Of a DNA stretch of 64,000 bases, positions 28,488-36,690 are shown piece after piece. The stretch is from an uncultured delta proteobacterium. GTDB taxonomy: Bacteria; Myxococcota; UBA727; VGSZ01. The stretch lies in assembly GCA_963775425.1 (NCBI GenBank), contig CAVZJB010000003.1, positions 384,001-448,000 on the forward strand, read 5' to 3'. Every line of letters begins with the position of its first letter. The first letter of the stretch is position 1. The notes beneath the pieces are model-generated. The model saw nothing but the letters and a program-made list of their open reading frames with translations, was not told the DNA's origin and did not search any database. The position numbers were made by a program, and so were the translations under genes.

Positions 28488-29714
28488 TCACCAATGCAGT
28501 GGCTCCTGTGGGATCTCGTCGAGCGGCGGGAGACCGTAGCGATCGGCGCGGTGCGCGCAGCCGTCGCAGGGATCGCTCGAGGCGACCGTGCTCGACGACA
28601 ACCGCGCGCGCAGCCCTTCGGCGGCGCCGGAGCGCCACGCGTCGCGCAGCGAGCTCGTGGCGAGGTTGCCGTAGACGACGGCGCCGTTTTCGTCGTGGCA
28701 GCAGGGGACGACGTCGCCGTTGCACAGGACCACCACGGTGCGCCAGGGCGCGCGGCACAGGTACGGCCTGCGGGGGCGGCCGATCTCGTACAGCTCGTCG
28801 CCGTCGGTGTTGGCGTCGATCTCCTTGACGTACGCGGTGACGTCGTCGAGGCCGAGCGCGCCGAAGCGGGCCATGAAGGCCTCCGCCTGATCGGCGTTGT
28901 CCCGCTGGCGGATCATCTGCACGAGGATCCGGGTGCCGCCGCCGGCGGCGCCGGGCGCGCGCGAGCCGCGGCGGTGCTCGAAGATGGCCTCGAGGTTCGC
29001 GAAGGCGGCGTCGGCGCGCGCGCCCTTGCCGCGGATGCGCGTGAGGGTGTCCTCGTCGACGCCGTCCACGGACAACACCAGGCGCGACAGCCCCGCCTCC
29101 TCGAGCGCGGCGTAGAGCGCCAGCGGCAGGTGCCCGGGGTTGGCGGATAGCTCCGTCGCCAGGCCGGCGCGCGCGGCGGTGTGCACCATCTCCGCGAGCT
29201 GCGGGTGGAGCGTGCTCTCGCCGAGGTTGTGCAGCGTGAGGGGCTTTCCGTGGTTGTTGTGGGGCGCGACCTCGTCGACGAGCTTCTTGAACAGCCCGGG
29301 CTCCATCCAGCCCTTCTCGCGCACCATGCGACCGGTGCCCGTGGGGCACATGACGCACGACATCGGACAGATGTTGGTGAGCTCGACGTTGTCGACGACG
29401 GGCACGTCGGGCGCGCCGCGGGAGAGCGCCGCCCACAGCTCGCTCCTGGCGTCGCGGGCGGCGGCGCCGTCGTCGACGGCGACCTCGATGAGCTTGAGCC
29501 CCGAAAGTCGCGACAGCGCTCCGTGCACGGCGCCCTTGTCGAGACCCGTGCGCGCGGCGAGGTCGATGCTGGACTGCACCGGCGCGGCGCCCAGCGCACG
29601 CACCACCGCGGCGAGGGCGTCGTCGAGGGGCAGGGCGCGCTCCTCGAGGACGGACTCGATGAACGCGGCGTCCCCCGCGCGGAAGAGCCGAAGCCAGGGG
29701 CGCAGTGCAATCAT
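28488..29714 (-). CDS. Radical SAM/SPASM-twitch enzyme with N-terminal winged-helix domain
   Basis: CPMSCVMC, GE..LHP and SVDG; C-terminal CRAPW..NGDVVPCC..GNL..W..CDGC. Confidence 0.92.
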   Translation of the reverse strand: MIALRPWLRLFRAGDAAFIESVLEERALPLDDALAAVVRALGAAPVQSSIDLAARTGLDKGAVHGALSRLSGLKLIEVAVDDGAAARDARSELWAALSRGAPDVPVVDNVELTNICPMSCVMCPTGTGRMVREKGWMEPGLFKKLVDEVAPHNNHGKPLTLHNLGESTLHPQLAEMVHTAARAGLATELSANPGHLPLALYAALEEAGLSRLVLSVDGVDEDTLTRIRGKGARADAAFANLEAIFEHRRGSRAPGAAGGGTRILVQMIRQRDNADQAEAFMARFGALGLDDVTAYVKEIDANTDGDELYEIGRPRRPYLCRAPWRTVVVLCNGDVVPCCHDENGAVVYGNLATSSLRDAWRSGAAEGLRARLSSSTVASSDPCDGCAHRADRYGLPPLDEIPQEPLHW

Positions 29715-29736
29715 TCGCGGCTCACGCCGCCGACGG

Positions 29737-30492
29737 TCAGACGCCGGCGTACTTCTTCAGGTCGGCGTCGCTGATGTCGAAGTTCTGACCAGGGGCGCCG
29801 TCGCGGTTGATGTAGCGCGTGCCCTGCGTGGTCTCGAGGCGCACGTAGGCGGAGATGCCCTTGCCCCCCGCGAGGTCGCGCAGGTCGTCGATGTCGACGG
29901 CGGCGGCGAGGAACTTCTGCTCCGGCTGCCAGCCGCCGCCGGTGCGCTCCCAACGCATGTGCCCCTCGAGCGTGGCCAGCGTGAGCGGGACCTCGATGGC
30001 CTCGTCCGGGAGCTGCGAGCCCTGCTCGGGCGTAAACCCCTGCGGCCCGACGACGAGCGTGGCGCTGATGAGCTCGTGCTCGAGCTTGCCCATGTCGACG
30101 AGGTTCATGTTGAAGAGGAACGCGGCGGCCTTGGGGTCCGTGGGGCGCTCCCAGTTGTAGTAACCGCCGACCATGGTGTGTCCCGCGCCCAACCCGTCGA
30201 CGTGGAAGTCGCCCTTCCAGTCGTGGAGGTGGAACGGCATCGCGAGCACCTCTTCGTGATTGAGGTGATGGATGGTCATCGGGTGCTGCGCGCCCCCGAG
30301 GAACGAGACGACCTCGTCCATGCTCTTGGGCTGCTTGTCGCCGTTCTTGGCGGCGAAGAGGGCGTACGCTTCGTTGGTGGTGAGGTAGCCCTTGCCGCCG
30401 GCGTCGTATTGCCTGGCGAGCGTCTCCTTGCTCTTGTCCTTGAGGTCGGAGATGCGAAGGGACGTCGTCGGGCTGATGCGGAAGGTACCCAT
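29737..30492 (-). CDS. Hypothetical protein with EF-hand-like motif
   Basis: Strongly biased codons; YDAGGKGYLTTNEA resembles a DxxGxGxLxxxE loop; no signal peptide. Confidence 0.75.
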   Translation of the reverse strand: MGTFRISPTTSLRISDLKDKSKETLARQYDAGGKGYLTTNEAYALFAAKNGDKQPKSMDEVVSFLGGAQHPMTIHHLNHEEVLAMPFHLHDWKGDFHVDGLGAGHTMVGGYYNWERPTDPKAAAFLFNMNLVDMGKLEHELISATLVVGPQGFTPEQGSQLPDEAIEVPLTLATLEGHMRWERTGGGWQPEQKFLAAAVDIDDLRDLAGGKGISAYVRLETTQGTRYINRDGAPGQNFDISDADLKKYAGV

Positions 30493-30566
30493 GGAATCCT
30501 CTGTGCTGGGCGCGTGGTAGGCGGGGACGGGGACATGGTCAATATCAGCGGGCCCCGGAGGTTGGC

Positions 30567-31334
30567 GTGACCGTGTCTCCGTCGCGGGCGGCGGTCGTCG
30601 CGCGGCTGCGGGCGCTGTCGGTGCCGGCCGCGGGGTTTCGCTACCCCGACACCGACAACCAGATGGAAGACGGGGTCTTCTCGTTTGCCAAGCGCACCGA
30701 CGAGGCCCGGGTGTGGGGCGAGCTCCTCGCGCGGGTGCCCGCCGGGGCAGGGCGGGCCCTCGACGCCGGCTGCGGCCTCGGCGCCCACGCCGCCGCCCTC
30801 GCCGCCCGCTTCGAAGACCCCCTCCTGCTCGACGCCGACGCCGGTCGCGCCCGCCAGGCCGCGGCCCGGACCGGCTGGCCGTTTCTTGAGCGCGTCTTCG
30901 TCGCTCGCGTCGACGACGGGGCGCTCCTGCACCCGGAGCTGCGGGGGGCGTTTTCCTTCGTGCAGATGATCCAGGTCCTCGGGCACCTCCCCGTCCGCGC
31001 GGTCGGCGACGCGCTCGGCGCGATGCATCACCTGCTCGACGAGCGCGGCCACCTGCTGCTGGCGGTGCCGTTTTCGGGGACGCCGCGCGACCTCACCTTC
31101 GTCACCGCTCTCGCCGGCGACGGCCGCGTCCGGCCCCGCGCGGTGTCGCTCGCCGACTACGACGCGCTCGCGCGCTGCCCCGAGGAGGGCAAGCTCCCCG
31201 TCCGCCACTTCTCGATGACCTCGCTCCTGAGCGCGCTCACCACCGGGGGCTTCGAGCTCGTCGAGGCCAAGCCGTACCACTGGTTCTCGCACGACACCGG
31301 CGACCTGTTCGCGCTCGCCCGGAGGCGCGCGTGA
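30567..31334 (+). CDS. Class I SAM-dependent methyltransferase
   Basis: ALDAGCGLG motif I, VLGHL and LLDERGHLLL. Confidence 0.88.
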   Translation: MTVSPSRAAVVARLRALSVPAAGFRYPDTDNQMEDGVFSFAKRTDEARVWGELLARVPAGAGRALDAGCGLGAHAAALAARFEDPLLLDADAGRARQAAARTGWPFLERVFVARVDDGALLHPELRGAFSFVQMIQVLGHLPVRAVGDALGAMHHLLDERGHLLLAVPFSGTPRDLTFVTALAGDGRVRPRAVSLADYDALARCPEEGKLPVRHFSMTSLLSALTTGGFELVEAKPYHWFSHDTGDLFALARRRA

Positions 31335-32437
31335 CCGACGACGTCCCGGCGCCGCCTGCGATCGCCGATCCGCTCGCCCTCGTCGACGACGCTTTTCGCG
31401 CGGCGGTGCTGGCGCCGGCGGCGCCGCCCACGCGCTTCTTCGTGAACCTCTCGGAGCGTTGCCAGCTCTCGTGCGCCCACTGCATCACCGATGCGCCGTC
31501 GCTGACGTCGTCGGGGCGCGCGCGCGATCTCTCGCCCGCCGTGCTCGAGGCGCTCGCGCCGCACCTCGCGCACGCCGCTTGGCTCGGCCTGGTGCACGCC
31601 GGCGAGCCGATGCTGGCGCCGCAGTTCGCGCCGCTCCTCGATGTCGTTCGCGCCCGGCGGGCCGAGCGCGGCGCCGGAGGCGGGGCGCCGGCGGTGGTGC
31701 ACCTGTTGACGAACGGCATGGCGATGACGCGCGCGCGCTTCGAGGAGGTGTGCGCGCTCGGGGTGACGTCGCTGTCATTTTCGCTCGACGGGATGAGCGC
31801 CGCCACCAACGACGTGTTGCGCATCGGCGCGCGCGCGTCGCTCCTCCTCGATCGAATCGGCGAGCTGTCGCGGGCGCGGCCGGCGGGGCTGCGGATGGGC
31901 GTGAGCTTCGTCGTCACCAAGGCCAACCTCGCGGAGCTGCCGGCGCTGCTGCGCTTCGCGCGTGACGCCGGGCTCGATTGGCTGAAGCTCGAAGAGGTCT
32001 TCGCCCACAACGACGCGTCCCGCGCCCTCGTCGTCGACCGCTACGCCCTCGACGTCGCCGTGGCCGGCGCGCGGAGGCTCGGCGACGAGCTCGGCGTGCC
32101 CGTGCTCGATCACACCCGCGCGCTCGCGGTGTGGAAGTGCAAGCTCGACGAGGACCCGCGGATGGCCGCGCGCGCGCGCCTCGACGACCTCGTCAACCGC
32201 GCCGATCTCAACCCCTGCCGCGCGCCCTGGGAGGTGGTGTGCGTGGAGCCCAACGGCGACGTGAAGCCGCTGTCGTTCCACCACCCCGCCGCGGGCAACC
32301 TCGTCGGCGACGACCTGCTCGCGCTGTGGCGCGGTGCGCCGGGCTTCGTCGAGGCGCGGCGCACCGCGCGCGCCACGCGGCTGTGCGGGGCGGGGCCGGC
32401 CACCTGCCCGCGTGACCCGGGCCCCGCGGCGTGGTGA
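31331..32437 (+). CDS. Radical SAM enzyme with degenerate SPASM/twitch domain
   Basis: CQLSCAHC, GEPML, LTNG and SLDG; CRAPW..PNGDVKP (usual CC absent)..GNL..W. Confidence 0.9.
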   Translation: MTDDVPAPPAIADPLALVDDAFRAAVLAPAAPPTRFFVNLSERCQLSCAHCITDAPSLTSSGRARDLSPAVLEALAPHLAHAAWLGLVHAGEPMLAPQFAPLLDVVRARRAERGAGGGAPAVVHLLTNGMAMTRARFEEVCALGVTSLSFSLDGMSAATNDVLRIGARASLLLDRIGELSRARPAGLRMGVSFVVTKANLAELPALLRFARDAGLDWLKLEEVFAHNDASRALVVDRYALDVAVAGARRLGDELGVPVLDHTRALAVWKCKLDEDPRMAARARLDDLVNRADLNPCRAPWEVVCVEPNGDVKPLSFHHPAAGNLVGDDLLALWRGAPGFVEARRTARATRLCGAGPATCPRDPGPAAW

Positions 32438-34173
32438 GGGACGGCGCGCGCGTGGCGACGGAGATCGTCTACGAGGGGCGCCCCGGGGCCCGCGTCGAGG
32501 TCGCCGGCGACCTGCCCGACTGGCGCGTGCCGCACGCGCTCCTCGAGGAGCGGCCGGGCCTGTACCGAAGGACCTTCGCGCTCGGGCCCGGCGTGTATCG
32601 CTACAAGCTGCTCGTCGACGGCGCCTGGACCCTCGACCCGCGCTGCCCGCACGTCGACCGGAGCGAGGGCGTCGACAACAACCTGCTGGTCGTGGGCGCG
32701 CCCGAGGGGCTCCCGCCCGGCGTGTTCTTCGCGCCCGACCGCCGCCACGTCGCCGCGCTGCCCGGCGGCGGCGCGCGCGTCCACGTCGAGGTCGATCTCT
32801 CGCGAACGGGGGGCGTCCGGCCGGCGTCCCTCGACCTCGGCGGCGCGCGTGTGCCGCTCGTCGAGGTGCTGCGCCGCGGGGATCGCGCGTTTCTCTCGGG
32901 CGTCGCTGCGGCGGCGGACGGGCCGCCGTCCTCGCGCGCTCCCGCGTGGCTCGAGGGCGCGGTGCTGTACGGGATCTTCCTCGACCGGTGGCGGCGCGGG
33001 CGCGCGTCCCCGCCCGAGCGGCGCATGCTCGCGCCCACGACGCCGTCGACGCCCTTCGTGTTCTACGGCGGCGACCTCGACGGCGTGCGCGAGCACCTGG
33101 GGTACGTCGCCGACCTCGGCGTCACCGCGGTCGCCCTCACGCCCGTCGCGCTGTCGCCGTCGCCGCACCGCTACGACGCCCAGGACCTGTTCGTCGTCGA
33201 CCCCGCCGTCGGCGGCGAGCGCGCCCTCGCCGCCCTCGTCGAGGCATCTCACCGGCGCGGGCTGAAGCTCGTGCTCGACGCGTCACTCACCCACGTGTCC
33301 GAGAAGCACCCGGCCTTCCGCGATCTGCTTGACAGGCAGCAGGCGTCGCCGACCGCGCCCTGGTTTCGCGTCAAGCGTTTCCCCGTCGTCGCGCGCGACG
33401 CGGCCACGGTCGAGCTCTACTTCAACTGCAAAGACCAGCCGTGGCTCGACCTCGCCGGCCCCGCCGCCGAGCACGCGCTCGAGGCCGCGGTCCGCCTCGT
33501 CGAGCACGGCGTCGACGGGCTCCGGCTCGACGCCATGGACGACGCGCCGCCCGCGTTCTGGGCCGCCCTGCGCGCCCGCGTCCGCGCCACCCGCGACGAC
33601 GTCCTGCTGCTCGGTGAGACCGTCACCGACGCCCTCTGGCAGCGCGCGAGCGATGTCGACGTCGTCACCGACTTCCGCATCCGTGACGCCCTCGTCGCCT
33701 TCGTCGCCCGGCGCGCCGTCGACGCGCGCGGGTTCGCCGACGCCTGGGCCTTCGCCGCGTTCCGCACCGGCCCCACCGATCCGAGCTACCGGCTCGGCTT
33801 CGTCGACAACCACGACACCGCGCGCTTCCTCTCGCTGTGCGGCGGCGACACGCGCAAGCTCCGGATCGCGCTCGCGATCCTGTTGTTCTCCGAGGAGACC
33901 GCGTGGCTGACGTACGGCACCGAGGCCCACCTCGCCGCCCACGCCGGCGAGCGCGCGCTCGACAACGCCTGGCGCGAGCGCATCGCGATGCCCGACCCCG
34001 CGTCCGTCGATACGCCCACGCGCGCGTGGGTCCGCGCCCTCTGCGCCGCGCGCCGGGAGCTCCGCGGCCGGCCCGTGCGCGTCGTGAGCGCGGACGGCGC
34101 GCGCCTGGTGCTCGAGCGCGGCTCGAGGCGGCTGCTCGTGGACGTGGACGGCGGCGAGCCGGTGCTGTCCTAG
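32431..34173 (+). CDS. GH13 alpha-amylase/neopullulanase-like enzyme with N-terminal CBM48-like domain
   Basis: N-terminal V.VAGD..W, YRYKLLVDG.W..DP. GGDLDGV..LGY..LGV and HRYD. Catalytic regions GLRLDA, LGE and FVDNHD. Confidence 0.9.
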   Translation: MVRDGARVATEIVYEGRPGARVEVAGDLPDWRVPHALLEERPGLYRRTFALGPGVYRYKLLVDGAWTLDPRCPHVDRSEGVDNNLLVVGAPEGLPPGVFFAPDRRHVAALPGGGARVHVEVDLSRTGGVRPASLDLGGARVPLVEVLRRGDRAFLSGVAAAADGPPSSRAPAWLEGAVLYGIFLDRWRRGRASPPERRMLAPTTPSTPFVFYGGDLDGVREHLGYVADLGVTAVALTPVALSPSPHRYDAQDLFVVDPAVGGERALAALVEASHRRGLKLVLDASLTHVSEKHPAFRDLLDRQQASPTAPWFRVKRFPVVARDAATVELYFNCKDQPWLDLAGPAAEHALEAAVRLVEHGVDGLRLDAMDDAPPAFWAALRARVRATRDDVLLLGETVTDALWQRASDVDVVTDFRIRDALVAFVARRAVDARGFADAWAFAAFRTGPTDPSYRLGFVDNHDTARFLSLCGGDTRKLRIALAILLFSEETAWLTYGTEAHLAAHAGERALDNAWRERIAMPDPASVDTPTRAWVRALCAARRELRGRPVRVVSADGARLVLERGSRRLLVDVDGGEPVLS

Positions 34174-34796
34174 ACGGCGACCCAGGAGAGGTCGCCCGCG
34201 CCCTCGCGCACGACGACGGGGTAGGGGCCCGTGAGGTCCACCACCGACGACGGCGGCCGATCGATGTGGTCGGCGTCGACGATGAGGTCGAGGCCGTGGC
34301 CCATGTGCAGGTTGATCTCGTCGGCGTTGAGCAACGTCTTGTTGTTCACCGTGGTCGACGTGGACACGATGGGCTTGGCGAACGCTCGCGCCAACGCCAG
34401 CGTCACGGGATGATCGGGGACGCGGATGCCCACGGTCTTGCGCTTGCTCTGCAGCATGCGCGGCACCTCGGGCGTGGCCCGCAGGATGAACGTGTACGGG
34501 CCCGGCAGGAGCCGCTTCATGATGCGGTAGGCCTCGTTCTCGACGAGGGCATAGCGCGCGATGTCCGAGAGGTCCGGGCACACGAAGCTCAGCAGGTGGT
34601 CGCGCTTGAGGCCCTTCAGCAAGTAGATGCGGTCGATGGCGCGCTTGTCGAAGATGCTGCAGCCGATGCCGTAGGTGGTGTCGGTCGGGTACGCGATCAC
34701 GCCCCCCCGCTCGAGCGTTTCGACGGCGCGCTGGATCTTTCGCGGCTCGGGAAAGTCTTTGTTGACGACGAGCCGGAGACAGGTGCTGTGGGCCAT
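34170..34796 (-). CDS. Sua5/YciO/YrdC family (L-threonylcarbamoyladenylate synthase-like) protein
   Basis: GGVIAYPTDT.YGIGC, LPGPYTFIL, TVGIRVP, STS and REGAG; ATG at 34796. Confidence 0.92.
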   Translation of the reverse strand: MAHSTCLRLVVNKDFPEPRKIQRAVETLERGGVIAYPTDTTYGIGCSIFDKRAIDRIYLLKGLKRDHLLSFVCPDLSDIARYALVENEAYRIMKRLLPGPYTFILRATPEVPRMLQSKRKTVGIRVPDHPVTLALARAFAKPIVSTSTTVNNKTLLNADEINLHMGHGLDLIVDADHIDRPPSSVVDLTGPYPVVVREGAGDLSWVAV

Positions 34797-34939
34797 GAGT
34801 CCGCTCGCTTGCCATCCCGCAGAATGCGGCGCAACCCCGTGTGGCATCATGGTGCCCCCGCGCGGCGCCGCGGATCCCCGCGCGCCGGGTGGTGTTGCCT
34901 CGCCCGCCTGCGCGACTACGCTGCGCTTGAGGTGCATCG

Positions 34940-35518
34940 ATGTCCGAGGAGCCCCGCGAGCCCGACGAGGTCGAAAGCGGCGACGACGCCGGGAACGACG
35001 GCGAGAAGAAGGCGCGCTTCAACCTCGAGGTGGCGGGGGAGAACGCGTCCGAGGCCGTCGCCAAGCTGAAGAAGAACGTGCAGTACTGGGTGGAGCGCGG
35101 GCGCTTCAACAAGGTGCGCATCAAGCGCGCCGGCAAGCCGGTGCTCCCGGACATCCCCGTGGGGGCGCTGGTGGCCTTCGAGGCGGCCACGTTCTTCTGG
35201 ACCGGCCTGTTGCGCGCGGCCATCGTCAACGTCGTCGGCCGCGTGTTCTTCGAGGTCGAGCTCATCAACGAGGCCGACGAGCACTACAAAAAGGGCGTGG
35301 AGCACTTCCTCGCCGGCGATCTCGCCGAGGCGGAGACGCACCTCGAAAAGGCCCTGCGCGTCGACGACCGCCACGCCAAGGCCCACCTGCAGATGGGCGT
35401 GCTGCGCAAGGTGCAGGGCAGGCGCGACGTCGCCCGCACCCACTTCGAGCGCGCGCGCGCGCTGGCCCCGCGGACCGACGTCGCCCGCGAGGCCGAGGTG
35501 CACCTCAAGAAGATGTAG
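34940..35518 (+). CDS. DUF4342-like domain fused to TPR repeats
   Basis: K....G...VRIK..GK.V..DIPV pattern followed by two TPR helix pairs. Confidence 0.7.
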   Translation: MSEEPREPDEVESGDDAGNDGEKKARFNLEVAGENASEAVAKLKKNVQYWVERGRFNKVRIKRAGKPVLPDIPVGALVAFEAATFFWTGLLRAAIVNVVGRVFFEVELINEADEHYKKGVEHFLAGDLAEAETHLEKALRVDDRHAKAHLQMGVLRKVQGRRDVARTHFERARALAPRTDVAREAEVHLKKM

Positions 35519-35522
35519 GGCG

Positions 35523-35566
35523 CGTTACGGCGAGCCCCGTTACGGCGAGCCCCGTTACGGCGAGCC
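35523..35566. repeat. 15-bp tandem repeat x3 (CGTTACGGCGAGCCC)
   Basis: Read directly; the last copy contains the TAA stop of the convergent minus-strand gene. Confidence 0.9.
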
Positions 35567-36175
35567 GGGCCCGGTCTTCACCTGGAACAGGGGAAGGCGG
35601 CCGACCTCTTTGCCGTCGAGGTCCACGACATAGAAGTAGGGCCCGGCGAGGTTGAACATGGGCGCCGGGTACTCGAGCACGTGATCGATCTTGTCGCGGC
35701 CGCGGAAGTCGATGACGTCCTCGGCGCTGGCGACGCGGACGTTGCGTGCGTCGACGATGGCGATGTGCATGTTCATCTCGCGGCCGGCCTTGGACGCCAG
35801 CGTGAGGCAGACCTCGAACGGCTTGCCCTTGGCGGGGACGTCGTCGAAGTCCCACTCGACCACCTTCTTCTTGTCGCGGCCGGCGGGCTGGCAGCCGCGC
35901 TTCCTGTCCTGGTTGATGTGCTCGGCTGCGAACACCCCGAGGAGCTTCACGGGCGCGTTCTTGTCGACCTTGTCGACCTTCTCGGAGAGGCCCTTGCCCG
36001 CCGACGTCTTCGCCGACATCCCGTCGGTGGCCTTCTTCATGGCGTCGAGGTTGGTGGGCTTGGGAGGCGCGCCGAAGAGGTCGTCGAAGTCCGACTTGTC
36101 CCCCTTGTTCTTGTCGTCGGCGAGGGCCGGCAGGGCACCGAGGGACAGCGTCAGGAAGAGTGCGAGAATGCGCAT
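35555..36175 (-). CDS. Secreted hypothetical protein
   Basis: Signal peptide MRILALFLTLSLGALPALA, biased codons and a beta-rich C-terminal domain. Confidence 0.8.
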   Translation of the reverse strand: MRILALFLTLSLGALPALADDKNKGDKSDFDDLFGAPPKPTNLDAMKKATDGMSAKTSAGKGLSEKVDKVDKNAPVKLLGVFAAEHINQDRKRGCQPAGRDKKKVVEWDFDDVPAKGKPFEVCLTLASKAGREMNMHIAIVDARNVRVASAEDVIDFRGRDKIDHVLEYPAPMFNLAGPYFYVVDLDGKEVGRLPLFQVKTGPGSP

Positions 36176-36237
36176 GGGCGACTCCGTCGTCACCATATCA
36201 GACGCCGGGGACCGCGGCCGCCTTCAGCCACCGGCGC

Positions 36238-36690
36238 TCAGGGCCGCGGGACGCCGGGGTTGGTGACGGCGCGGCGGCGGTCCAGCGTGTTGCGGAGCCG
36301 GCGGGTCAGGACCTTGATGATGCCCTGCGCGATCTCGGCCTTCTCGGCGAGGATCTCGTGGAAGTCGTCCCGGTGGATCTTCAGCAGCGTGACGTTCACC
36401 TGGGCCGACGCCGACGCCGACCGCGGCTCGCTGTCGAGCAGCGCCATCTCGCCGAAGACCTGCCGCTCGCCGAGGATGGCGAGGTCTTCGCCGGCGGTGT
36501 GGATGCGCACCTTGCCGTCGATGACGAAGTAGAGCGTGTCGCCGGGATCCCCCTCGTGGAAGATCTCGTCGCCCTCCTCGTACTGCACCTCGTCGGTGAT
36601 GAGGGCGATCTGGGAAAGGTCCTCACCGGGGATCTGCGAGAACAGATCGATGCTCTTGAGGAAGAGGACCTTCTCGACCGTGGAAATCAC
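36238..36690 (-). CDS. Stand-alone cyclic nucleotide-binding domain protein
   Basis: IFHEGDPGD.LY..I.G.V and FGEMALLD..PRSAS. Confidence 0.93.
   Translation of the reverse strand: MISTVEKVLFLKSIDLFSQIPGEDLSQIALITDEVQYEEGDEIFHEGDPGDTLYFVIDGKVRIHTAGEDLAILGERQVFGEMALLDSEPRSASASAQVNVTLLKIHRDDFHEILAEKAEIAQGIIKVLTRRLRNTLDRRRAVTNPGVPRP

Noticed and set aside
26910-34173. Classical RiPP cluster or anti-phage defence island
   Set aside because: No short precursor ORF, peptidase or exporter is present, and no nuclease, ATPase or other defence-type motif was recognised.
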